Assembly: GCF_046119375.1 (NCBI RefSeq)
Contig: NW_027362767.1
Span: 256,308,001 to 256,372,000 of the forward strand
From: Phyllobates terribilis
Lineage: Eukaryota
Length of the DNA stretch: 64,000 nucleotides
Reading direction: 5' to 3'
Positions 21,941 through 33,900 of this stretch are shown in pieces (position 1 is the first letter of the stretch; each line of letters begins with the position of its first letter). A model generated the notes under the pieces. That model searched no databases. It was given only the letters and a program-made list of their open reading frames with translations, and had not been told where the DNA came from. Both the position numbers and the translations under genes were made by a program.

Positions 21941-22621
21941 AAGAAGATTGGAGTGTTTACGGTAGTATAAGCGAGCTGCTGGTGAAGTGGGAGGTATCCA
22001 CAGAACCAGTAGAGAGTAATCCACCGCACACTCTTATTTCAATTTCTTAGCAAAAGTTTATTTTCACAAGTAGTGAGTGCGACATATGCACAGATACCAA
22101 GAAGGTGCAGGGAGAAGGCGACAGTAAACAATTAACGTTTCGACGCACCAGGGTTTTATTCATATAGTCGCTTGTGTGGGTGGGGGGGGGGTGGATGAGC
22201 GTTCCCACACCTTCATCATGTGCGTCTCTGGTCATGCACACCAGTAGCCATTGGCGGTAATTTGTGAGGGTCTGGCCACGCTCCTCCTGATGCTCCTCGC
22301 ACAAGGGAGCAGATACCGATCCTGCGCTGCGGATGACGACCTACTTCCCTGTTTGGTTCTTCCCACGTAACAAATGAGTCCTGGTACCGGTTCCATGTTC
22401 TTCAGACTGGAGCCACAGCAACCACGTGTCACCCAGAGGGGCTGGATGACTTGTGCCAACTAAATGGGCAGCAGGTACCGCCTCATCCTACCAGTAGGGA
22501 CAAGGACACGAGCGAAACATAAGGACAGTCAGGGAGGATAAGGCTGTGTTATCACATTGTGTCCGCGATTGTGATAGAACCACATTTTTGGAAAATCACA
22601 GAAGAACATACAATGCAGCTG

Positions 22622-22701
22622 CAGCAAGGGCTGGCCGCCACCTGCAGCAAGGGCTGGCCGCCACCTGCAGCAAGGGCTGGCCGCCACCTGCAGCAAGGGC
22701 T
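22622..22701. repeat. 23-bp tandem repeat CAGCAAGGGCTGGCCGCCACCTG, about 3.5 copies
   Basis: Exact direct repeats. Confidence 0.9.
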
Positions 22702-23249
22702 GATGGTGCAAGTGGCCTGCACCATTCCCTTTTTGCAGCTGTCATGCCCGTTTTTCAAAAAAATACAAGTAACCTATTTTACTTAATGGGTGCAAAAGGC
22801 TGCAGAAAATCTGCAACATCAAAAACTCACCAAAAGCTCATCGTGAGACCTTACCTTACACTGCGGCTATTAATCACCTAAAATTTTATATAAAGCGTTG
22901 TAAGGTAATATATAGAAAACGTTCCATCCAGATTTAAAATCAGCCTAGTTTAGCCCCTGTGGGGACAGACCGCGGCCTATGTGCACACAGAGTATTTAGA
23001 AGAGTTTTTGGTGTGGATCCGCTCTAAAATGTGTCAGGATAATGGTTCGAAAAACACTTGAAAACACTCTTCCTTTTCATTTTTATGGTAAAACCACTTT
23101 GCTGGTTATATGTTTGGTGTTTTTGAGCATTTTGGTTTCCGCTTAAAATTTTGAAAATAAGCCTGGTGGGAGAAAAAAAAGAAAGTGCACATCAGTTCTT
23201 TGAAGCGGCTCCTGATGAATAACACTCCAAACTAGAAACCGTCCAATCA

Positions 23250-23665
23250 TCTTATATGCAGCTAGAAAGGTAATAGCTAGGTATTGGGTGCGAATGGAAC
23301 CTCCCTCTAGACAAGAGTATATAAGGCAGGTGGATTATGTGGTACGGATGGAGGAGAAAATCTATTTCAAAAGGAAAAATGACAAACTCAGTGACAACCT
23401 ATGGACACCATGGAAGGTGTGATTAATGCTATTGGAGGAAAGATTCCGGTGAATACATTACGAAATGCATTGAAATGGTTATAGAATGTTTTGTGTGATA
23501 TTGGACCATATCTTATATAACGTTGATGGATTATTGCTGTCCGTTAAAGAGGGGGGGGGTTGAGGGTGGGGTTCTTTTTGCTAATAAGAAAATTGGAAAT
23601 TGTTGTGCTGAAGTTGTATTCTATTATTTTTTCTTTAAATGAATAAAAATTTATCTGATTCAAAA
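23250..23665 (+). mobile_element. Short 5'-truncated L1 (ORF2 C-terminus plus 3' UTR)
   Basis: 16-bp TSD AGAAACCGTCCAATCA (23234-23249, 23666-23681); peptide LYAARKVIARYW...MEEKIY...LWTPWK; AATAAA at 23642-23647. Confidence 0.85.
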
Positions 23666-24109
23666 AGAAACCGTCCAATCAGAAGGCTGCAAGAAAAACA
23701 CATCAGGAAAAGAAACGTTCCTAAAACAGAACTGCTTCAGGAAATGAAAAACCTCCTGTAAAAACTAGCCAGAGAAGGAGCTTTTCTTGAAATGGTTTCC
23801 ACTTGAAAAAAAACTTGTTGTTTTTGACCGGATCAAAATAATTCTGCATAAAGCCTATTGACACCTGCCCGTGACTTTCTGTTGGAGCAGGATGTGTGCA
23901 CAGCAAAAGTGACTAACAACATATAGTGCCCAAATAATTCCACAGACTGTGATTAATCAACGCCTAAAAAGACCAACACATGTAGCAGTCTGATTGTATT
24001 TCCAAATGTCCACTGAGCTCTGAACTTGCAGCCTCACAAGCCGGTCATGACAATGTAAGAAACATTACAAACATCAACCAACACCAACTTGAACATCTCG
24101 AGGTACATA

Positions 24110-25745
24110 CAGTTGTGCTCAAAAGTTTACATACCTGGCAGAATTTTTTCTTTCTTGGCCTTGTTTCAGAGAATATGAATGATAACAAAAAACTTTTTCT
24201 CCTCTCATGGTTATTGGTTGGGTGAAGCCATTTATTGTCAAACTACTGTGTTTTCTCTTTTTAAATTTTAATGACAACTAAAAACATCCAAATGACCCTG
24301 ATCAAAACTTCACATACCCTAGTAATTTTGGCCTGATAACATGCACAGAATTTGACACAAATGGGTTTGAATAGCTACTAAAGGTAACATCCTCACCTAT
24401 GACCTGTTTGCTTGTAATCAGTGTGTGTGCATAAAAACTGAGTGAGTTTCTGGGATCCAGACAGACTCTTGCATCTTTCATCCAGCCACTGACGTTTCTG
24501 GATTGTTAGTCATGGGGAAAGCAAAAGATTTGTCAACGGATCAACGGGAAAAAGTAGTTGAACTGTATAACACAGGAAAGGGATACAAAAAAAATATCCA
24601 AGGAATCGATAATCACAGTTTGAACGCTACTGACTGGCATTAACAAATGGAAAATCAGGGGCTCTGTAAAAACCAAACCACGGTTAGGTAGACCAACAAA
24701 AATTTCGGCCACAGCTGTCAGGAAAATTGTTTGGGACGCAAAGAAAAACCCACAAATAACATCAGCTGAAATTCAGGACTCTCTGAAAACTAGCGGTGTG
24801 GCTGTTTCAAGATGCACAATAAGGAGGCACTTGAAGAAAAATGGGCTGCATGGTCGAATTGCCAGGAGAAAGCCATTACTGCGCAAATGCCGCTAAGTAT
24901 CTCACCTAGAATATGCCAAACAGCACAGAGACAAGCCTCAAAACTTCTGGAACAAGGTAATATGGAGTGATGAGACCAAAATTTAACATTTTGGCCACAA
25001 CCATAAACGTTACATTTGGAGAGAGGTCAACAAGGCCTATGATGAAAGGAACACCATTCCTACAGTAAAGCATGGAGGTCGATCGCTGATGTTTTGGAGA
25101 TGTGTGAGCTACAAAGGCACAGGAAACCTGGTAAAACTTGAAGGAAAGATGAATGCAGCACATTATCAGCAAATACTGGAGGCAAATTTGCACTCATCAG
25201 TCCGGAAGCTGCACATGGGACGTATTTGGACGTTCCAACATGACAACGATCCAAAACACAAGGCCAAGTCGACCTGTCATTAGCTACAAAGTGAAGGTTT
25301 TGGAGTGGTCATCTCAGTCTCCTGACCTCAATATTATTGAGCTACTCTGGGAAGATCTCAAGTGCGCAGTTCATGCTAGACAGCCCAGGAATTTACAGGA
25401 ACTGGAGGCTTTTTGCCAAGGAAAATGGGCAGCTTTACCATCTGAGAAAATAAACAACCTCATCCACAACTACCACAAAAGACTTCAAGCTGTCATTGAT
25501 GTTAGAGGAGGCAATACACGGTATTAAGCACTGGGGTATGTGAACTTTTGATCTGGGTCATTTGGATGTTTTTGGTTGTCATTAAGATTTAAAAAGAGAA
25601 AACACAGTAGTTTGACAATAAATGGCTTCACCCAGCCAATAACCATGAGTGGAGAAAAAGATTTTTTGTTATCATTCATATTCTCTGAAACAAGGCCAAG
25701 AAAGGAAAAATTCTGCCGGGGTATGTAAACTTGTGAGCACAACTG
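24110..25745 (+). mobile_element. Tc1 (DD34E) with about 210-bp TIRs, full length, disrupted ORF
   Basis: TIR CAGTTGTGCTCA(A/C)AAGTTTACATACC, TA TSD (24108-24109, 25746-25747); transposase pieces on the plus strand ending DVRGGNTRY at 25527. Confidence 0.92.
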
Positions 25746-25948
25746 TATAAGCATCTCTAGATATACACACATGGTCATTGTAAAGAGAACAAACAAAATT
25801 CTATATATATTAATCTCCCAGGTCATAGGTGGAAAAAAAAAAAAAAATAGAGAAGTGAAGTTTCACCACTCTCCCAAAAGTCTAATGCCCCATACTGGTA
25901 GGATGAATTCTTGGTCCTATATCAACGTTTTGGGAAACTTGAAGACAC

Positions 25949-28900
25949 TCAGCCGGACTGAACTTGTTCCCGTTTTTTCTGGGCAAGCAAAGCCCGATAT
26001 TGCTTACGGTTCTCTTCAATGCTGCTCTGGAGAGAGGCGACTTCAGCAGCCAGGATGGTCCCTGCAGGAAGGAAACAAGACTGAATAGTGGCCAGGAGCA
26101 GAACTGGGACCACAGTCAGTGTCTATACACCGACCTTGCAGGAAGTTACTCTGTGCTTGCCGTAAGCTTTGAGGGACCAAAACCCCGAACCAGCGCAGGG
26201 GGTCGTTAACCACAGGTGATTTTGGCTTCTCACTTTCTTCTGCTGCAGTGGGTTTCGGTGCTTCCTTGCTGCTCTTATGACCCCGATGCCTGAGAACTAG
26301 AACAGGATCAGATAAAATACAATAAAACATCATGACTCACGTCTGAGCAATCTCCTCTCAAGATCCTGCACCTCCACATTGTGTGTGACCCTCACTCCTC
26401 CTACTACAACCTTCACTTATAGAGCCATTCTTCCAGGAGGACTCCAGACACAAGCTCCAAGAATTCGCTGCACTCCCCAAAAGAGTCCCCTTCACCACTC
26501 TTCATCCTGAGCTTCCTGATGCCACATTATGCTTTAGTAAAATATGGACTCACCTTGACCGGCAGCTCCGATATTCTCCACCTTCGGGAGCTTCTCCTCC
26601 TTCACTTTGTCCTGTGTCTCCGGCTGTATGTGTTCTGCAGTGAATGTCGTCAGCCCGTCATCCACAGTGCTGGACATAGAGAAGGAGCATGGAGGAATCA
26701 CTGCTTATTGTGTACGTAGGAGTGTATTGTGTGGCTGGAAAATCCAGTGATGCAGTAAAATTGATTATTGCTCCTGAGAGACTGTCAGGATATGCTGGGA
26801 GTTGTAGTTACACAACAGTTGAAGTGACACAGGTCAGAGGCTACAGCACTACAAATGAGAAGAAATGCTATATGACTGTAGCTAACCCTGTATATCATAC
26901 ACACAGGTGCAGAAAGTTGAGATATGGAGCGCTGTTTGCAGGCGGCAGACAACGTAGACCAGCTCTAGATGTCCTTGTGACCCCGACTAACCAAATATCA
27001 TCTCTTAAGGGTGACGGCTGTAAGATTAGACTTCCTGATCCTGCACAGATGCATAAGCAGGTTAAGAACAATCCTACTGATCACCATGATTCCCATCGAT
27101 GGTCAGCACAGGGACAGAGGAAAAAGGCCCAGAATATGTGGACCATGCAAACAGCTCCCCATACCTCAGCATCTTGAACCCTTGTCACTATGAGAGCATA
27201 TGATGATTCCATGGTGGGCTTGTACTGCTATGAGAGAGCAGATAACAGAATAAGGATATATGTAAGAAATAAACTACCGCCTCACCTGTCCTGGACAAAG
27301 GTGGAAGGCGTCATCTCCGGTGTATACTGCAGTGAGGACACAGACTTATTCCCCATAGAATATCGAGACTGAGAAAGGCAGAACCATCCCTGAAAATGAC
27401 ACAGGTCATAAGAATGCTGATTATATCCGTAAAAATACAGCTAGACACTGAGGTATATATCCATAATAATACCGCCAGTCACAGATATTACCGTATATAT
27501 AATAACACCATATATATCTGTAATAATACCGCCAGACACTGAGATATTATAGTCATGGCCGATAGTGTTGGCACCCTTGAAATTGTTCCAGAAAATAAAG
27601 TATTTCTCCCAGAAAATTATTGCAATTACAGATGTTTTGTTACACACATGTTTATTTCCTTTGTGTGTATTGGAGCAACACAAAAACAGAGAAAAAAGGC
27701 AAATTGAAAGTTGTTGGCAGAGTTCCAAAATTGTGGGTAAACAACTTTGCTTCAAGCGTGTGATACTTGCCACAGGTGAGTTTGAACGAGCAACAGGTGT
27801 GGGGAATATGAAAATCACACCTGAAATCAGATAGAAAGGGGAGAAGTTGACTCAATCTTTGCATTGTGTGTCTGTGTGTGCTACACTAAGCATGGAGAAC
27901 AGAAAGAGGAGAAGAGAACTGTCTGAGGACTTGAGAACCAAAATTGTTAACAATATAAACAAACTCAAGGTTACAAGTCCATTTCCAGAAATCATGATGT
28001 TCCTTTATCCACAGTGCGCAACATAATCAAGAAGTTTACAACCCATGGCACTGTACCTAATCTCCCTCTGGAACAAATTTAAGGGTGCCAACACTTTTGC
28101 CCATGACTGTATATAATAACATCATATATATCTGTAATAATACTGCCAGACACTGAGATAGTGTATATATAACAACGCCGTCAGAGGCCGTATATATGTG
28201 TATGAGACGAGGACACATCCCTCACCTTCTCAATGACTGTGTTCAGACATTGTCTCTTCTCCTTCAGGTCTTCCAGGTCATCCATGACTCTCAGGAGCAG
28301 CTGATCCAGACGCTGATTCACATCTACCAGAGTCTCATCCACAGAAGGTGCCATGTTTATGGTGGAGGAACCTGAGAAGAATCGTGCCAACCATGATACC
28401 AATTATCTGATGCATTTGTACAAAGCTTAAATGTCTGCTGAGCAGTGTATCTAATCCTATCCTGTGTGATACTGTCTGCTGAGACGTGTATCTAATCCTA
28501 TCCTGTGTGATACTGTCTGCTGAGCCGTGTATATAATCCTATCCTGTGTTATACAGTCTCCTGGGCCGTGTATCTAATCCTATCCTGTGTGATACAGTCT
28601 GCTGGGCCGTGTATCTAATCCTATCCTGTGAAATCCTGCATGTTGAGCTGTGTATCTAAGCCGTTAATATGTGACCGTGTGCTGAGCTATGTATCTAAGC
28701 CGTTAATATGTGACCGTGTGCTGAGCTGTGTATCTAAGCCTTTAATATGTGACCGTGTACTGAGCTGTGTATCTAAGCCTTTAATATGTGACCGTGTGCT
28801 GAGCTGTGTATCTAAGCCTTTAATATGTGACAGTGTGCTCAGCTGTGTATCTAAGCCTTTAATGTGTGACCGTGTGCTCAGCTGTGTATCTAAGCCTTTA

Positions 28901-30724
28901 ATGTGTGACCGTGTGCTGAGCTGTGTATCTAAGCCTTTAATGTGTGACCGTGTGCTGAGCTGTGTATCTAAGCCTTTAATGTGTGACCGTGTGCTGAGCT
29001 GTGTATCTAAGCCTTTAATGTGTGACCGTGTGCTGAGCTGTGTATCTAAGCCTTTAATGTGTGACCGTGTGCTGAGCTGTGTATCTAAGCCTTTAATGTG
29101 TGACCGTGTGCTGAGCTGTGTATCTAAGCCTTTAATGTGTGACCGTGTGCTGAGCTGTGTATCTAAGCCTTTAATGTGTGACCGTGTGCTGAGCTGTGTA
29201 TCTAAGCCTTTAATGTGTGACCGTGTGCTGAGCTGTGTATCTAAGCCTTTAATGTGTGACCGTGTGCTGAGCTGTGTATCTAAGCCTTTAATGTGTGACC
29301 GTGTGCTGAGCTGTGTATCTAAGCCTTTAATGTGTGACCGTGTGCTGAGCTGTGTATCTAAGCCTTTAATGTGTGACCGTGTGCTGAGCTGTGTATCTAA
29401 GCCTTTAATGTGTGACCGTGTGCTGAGCTGTGTATCTAAGCCTTTAATGTGTGACCGTGTGCTGAGCTGTGTATCTAAGCCTTTAATGTGTGACCGTGTG
29501 CTGAGCTGTGTATCTAAGCCTTTAATGTGTGACCGTGTGCTGAGCTGTGTATCTAAGCCTTTAATGTGTGACCGTGTGCTGAGCTGTGTATCTAAGCCTT
29601 TAATGTGTGACCGTGTGCTGAGCTGTGTATCTAAGCCTTTAATGTGTGACCGTGTGCTGAGCTGTGTATCTAAGCCTTTAATGTGTGACCGTGTGCTGAG
29701 CTGTGTATCTAAGCCTTTAATGTGTGACCGTGTGCTCAGCTGTGTATCTAAGCCTTTAATGTGTGACCGTGTGCTCAGCTGTGTATCTAAGCCTTTAATG
29801 TGTGACCGTGTGCTCAGCTGTGTATCTAAGCCTTTAATGTGTGACCGTGTGCTCAGCTGTGTATCTAAGCCTTTAATGTGTGACCGTGTGCTCAGCTGTG
29901 TATCTAAGCCTTTAATGTGTGACCGTGTGCTCAGCTGTGTATCTAAGCCTTTAATGTGTGACCGTGTGCTGAGCTGTGTATCTAAGCCTTTAATGTGTGA
30001 CCGTGTGCTGAGCTGTGTATCTAAGCCTTTAATGTGTGACCGTGTGCTGAGCTGTGTATCTAAGCCTTTAATGTGTGACCGTGTGCTGAGCTGTGTATCT
30101 AAGCCTTTAATGTGTGACCGTGTGCTGAGCTGTGTATCTAAGCCTTTAATGTGTGACCGTGTGCTGAGCTGTGTATCTAAGCCTTTAATGTGTGACCGTG
30201 TGCTGAGCTGTGTATCTAAGCCTTTAATGTGTGACCGTGTGCTCAGCTGTGTATCTAAGCCTTTAATGTGTGACCGTGTGCTCAGCTGTGTATCTAAGCC
30301 TTTAATGTGTGACCGTGAGCTGAGCTGTGTATCTAAGCCTTTAATGTGTGACCGTGTGCTGAGCTGTGTATCTAAGCCTTTAATGTGTGACCGTGTGCTG
30401 AGCTGTGTATCTAAGCCTTTAATGTGTGACCGTGTGCTGAGCTGTGTATCTAAGCCTTTAATGTGTGACCGTGTGCTGAGCTGTGTATCTAAGCCTTTAA
30501 TGTGTGACCGTGTGCTGAGCAGTCTGGTGTGAGCTGCATCCCCTCCGTACATTACTTAGTACCAGGACACACAGAGACGTCCTCTCACTATTCTCCCTGT
30601 ATAACCTTCCCCATAGCCCCAACTCCTCACCTTCTGACATTATCTTCTCACATGACCTTTCCAACCCGGAAGTAGTCATCATGTTTGAGCCACTTCCGGG
30701 TATGGTGCGGCCGGGCGGCGCCAT
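25949..30724 (-). CDS. CCDC115: Coiled-coil domain-containing protein 115 (V-ATPase assembly factor, Vma22 homolog)
   Basis: Exons: 30631-30724 (putative upstream coding exon), 28226-28371 (internal ATG 28352-28354; LDQLLLRVMDDLEDLKEKR), 27286-27389 (GWFCLSQSRYSMGNKSV), 26554-26669, 26135-26296 (DPLRWFGVLVPQSLRQAQ), 25949-26061 (stop TGA). All GT-AG and in phase: 207 aa from the internal ATG, 244 aa with exon 1. Head-to-head with IMP4 as in human. Confidence 0.92.
27550..28109 (+). mobile_element. Internally deleted Tc1 in a CCDC115 intron
   Basis: TIR (C/T)AGTCATGG(C/G)C...GTGTTGGCACCCTT, TA flanks; keeps the transposase 5' end (MENRKRRRELSEDLRTKIV), related to 60305-61935. Confidence 0.8.
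28445..30530 (-). repeat. Minisatellite in CCDC115 intron 1: a few 41-bp units, then about 48 near-identical 39-bp units (GTGTATCTAAGCCTTTAATGTGTGACCGTGTGCTGAGCT)
   Basis: Direct tandem repeats. The reverse complement shares CTCAGCA.AC.GT..CACA...AGGCTTAGAT with the 16920-20990 arrays. It explains the 634-aa and 621-aa periodic ORFs. Confidence 0.97.
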
Positions 30725-30817
30725 GTTTACTGAGGGCAGCTGATCTCTGGCTGGAGATTGGCGGGCAAGCAGGAAGCTTAGTGATAATTCCCACGTGTGA
30801 GGCCGGCCGCCACCATG
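30660..30817. promoter_or_regulatory. Compact CpG-rich bidirectional promoter CCDC115/IMP4
   Basis: Inverted ETS/GABP sites CCGGAAGT (30666-30673) and ACTTCCGG (30692-30699), YY1-like CGCCATGTTT around 30719-30728, ATTGG (30757-30761), E-box CACGTG (30792-30797), and Kozak GCCGCCACCATGG at the IMP4 start. Confidence 0.75.
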
Positions 30818-30845
30818 GTGAGTAGATGTGGTGTGGGATAATGTG

Positions 30846-30921
<76 letters not shown>

Positions 30922-33900
30922 GCCCCGTATATAGAGGGCAGTGAGTGCGCGACCTCGGGGGTCGGTGTGATGCTCCCCTGGGCCTGGTGTTATATAGATG
31001 TAGCAGAGCTGAACTCCTGGTCCAGGACGCCCCCCACTACCTATCAGTCCCTGCACTGATGAGAGGATTGTACTATATAGATGACCTCCATCATTCCCAC
31101 TCTTAGAATTTGGGGCCCCAGTCTGCATTAACCCATTAGGGGCCCAGTGTGGGGTGACACACCGCCTCATATATAACCACTTAGATGCGGGGGTCGCTGG
31201 TCACCTCAGCATCTAAGTAGTTAATTTTCTCTGGATCCAGTTTCAGCGGTTTGGGAGGTGTCTGCTGTGTGAAATATGTCACCCGCTGAGGATGGAGCGG
31301 GGTCCGTGCCTGTCCCACACATGCCCCCGACCTCAGCCATACATGGCTGACGCGTGTCGGGAGAGGTGGGTCCTCCTGCCATTAGCGGCACTCCACTGCC
31401 CATGATCTCCATAATTGCTTCTCACACTGGCTGACAGCGGGCAGGGACCCAGTGATATCTTCAGATGCTTTATTAAAGGGGTCTTAGGAGGGGTTTGGAT
31501 GGAGCGGTGGTGGAGCACGGTCCTCTCTGGACACCAGCTGAGCGATGTGCTCGTCACACTCCTCCCAGCCGCGGTCATCATACAGTACTTCGTATGTTAC
31601 CCCTGTGTCGGGCAGGGCTTCCACTTTGTAGCATTTTATAGGCGCTCCCCCGTGTCTCAGTGCAGAGACCCCTCCTAACACACGAATGAAGCTACATGTA
31701 TATACATGGCCTCTACACATTGGGGGATCATGGTGCCCCCCCAATGACTAATCCTCCATCATCTGTAGCTGCGCAGGGAGGCTCGTCTACGCAGGGAATA
31801 CCTCTACAGGAAAGCCCAGGAGGCCAAACAGCACAGCATAGAAGACAAGAAGCAGCGGTTAAAGCGAGCGCTCGAAGGTTAGTGCCATGACAGTAGATAT
31901 CAGATGACCCCCCACATGCCGGATACAGACACTGACCCCCATCTATATCCACAGAAAACAGGCTCATCCCCACAGAGATCCGCAGAGAAGCCCTCACTCT
32001 CCAGAAGCAACTCGAGTTTGATGATGAAGGCGGTGAAGGTGAGAATAGGAGATTACAGGACCCAGTATAATGTGGAATGTGCACATCTGAGTCATGCTGG
32101 GTCTGTTGTACTACAAGTCCCAGTGGTGCCTGATGGAAAACAGGGTTTTTATATCAAAATACAGTTCTTTCTCTGGGTAAGGCAAAGTAAATCCAAACTG
32201 TCTCACCAACTTGGTTTTACTGGCACGTCTCAGTCTCTAGCATAGACTGTTCACCATGAACTGTCTTTCTCCAGCTCCAACACACTCTGCTAAGGTAACC
32301 CAGCTGCTTGTTATTATGCCTGTAAGACCTAGACTGGAGCATGGGAGTGACCTTTCCCACCCAGCCTCTTCTGGTCCCTCCTAAATCATGAGCCCAAAAT
32401 CCAGTAAAAAATGAAACTATCTCAGTGACCTATTGTTACTGTTGTACTTTCTCCTGGGACAAATATGTATGTGGGTGTGATTATATGATAAATAATTTGT
32501 ATGGGTTCAGTTTACTGTTCTGTTGCCCCTCCAGGAGTGTCCTCGCACGTGGATGATGAGTATAAGTGGGCCGGAGTGGAAGATCCGAAGGTCATGATCA
32601 CAACATCAAGGGACCCAAGTTCACGACTGAAAATGTTTGCCAAGGTATCAGTGGTACAGGGCAGTGTTCCCCAACTTGTGGTAACAGGGTACAACTCAGA
32701 AACTAAAAATGAGTATTGTAACCCAATCAGGATGGCATCCGTGGGTCATATGTGTCCAAAATATAAGGACATAACATAGCGAGACGTGACCCCCAATAAA
32801 TATTAGGATCCATCCAATAAGGTGTACACAAGACTATAACTCCCAGTATGTCTTTAGTGAGAGGATGAGGCTTTAGCTTGTCATGTGATCTCATACTCTT
32901 GTTGTTTTGTAGGAGTTGAAGTTGGTGTTCCCCAATGCTCAGCGTATGAACAGAGGAAAGCATGAGATGGGAGCGCTGGTCCGGGCCTGCAAAGCCAATG
33001 ACGTCACTGACCTTGTCATCGTCCACGAGCACAGAGGCATGCCGGGTAAGTAGAGTGAGCCTTGTAGTGTTTTATAAGACCCCTATATCCAGAGCTTATA
33101 AAGTATCATTGCGTATATCGGTCACATATAGATGTATTGGTTTCTGAAGGTTCTCAGCACTGGGAGGGATGATGGGGGTCATTAGATCTGTCTGTCATCC
33201 TTCTGAAGGACAGAACAGCCGGACTGAAATGTGGATAGATCAGGAGTTGGGATAATCTGCCTCATATGAACTGCTTCTTACCCCCATTCCACAGAGGTGG
33301 GAAGAGATCACGTACGTTTCTCTGCATGTGTCACAGTAATCTGGCAAGCATGTAGTGTGCTATTAGCTGCCCCTCCAGGCCTGCATGGTTGGCTAATGGA
33401 CACACCAGGACCATGTTCTCATGGATGGGCTATGGGTATACCCCTTTAAGGTCACTCATTCTCGAGACCAGAGCCGCTATTTAGAGCACAACGTGTCGTG
33501 GAGGACCTGTCTCACTTCTACATTATGCAGGCAGCTTATTGATTTACATAAGAGTGTAATGCTTAGGGTTTCCTCCTGGTGCTGCTGCTGGGCTCTCCTG
33601 CAGGTTGTAGGTGATCATTAAAGCGCACCTACTTAGTAAAACACATACACTGTCAGGTGGGCGACATTACACTGAGTAAAATCATAACTTTGATGATGAA
33701 ATCCATCCAGTTGATTCTTGTGTAATCTTTATTTTCAGATCTGCCATAATGATATGCTTGTGCTTCGGGGCGGCCTTTGGGGAGGGCTGTAACTGGTGCT
33801 CTGCTTATATATTCCTATCTCTGCCTTGTGACAGGTCACTGTGCTTTCAGTCACCTGCCTACTATTTTACATACTGCCTGTGTAATTTGTGTGCTAAAGT

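Noticed and set aside
22020-22330. Possible Penelope/DIRS terminal fragment (ACGTTTCG motif, polyG)
   Set aside because: Only a short motif, no coding or terminal structure to support a call.
16920-30530. Regular repeat arrays as possible CRISPR arrays
   Set aside because: The units are contiguous with no unique spacers, the DNA is eukaryotic and there are no cas genes.
28628-30552. 634-aa and 621-aa ORFs
   Set aside because: Translations of a 39-bp tandem repeat (13-aa period) inside a CCDC115 intron; the unit has no stop in these frames.
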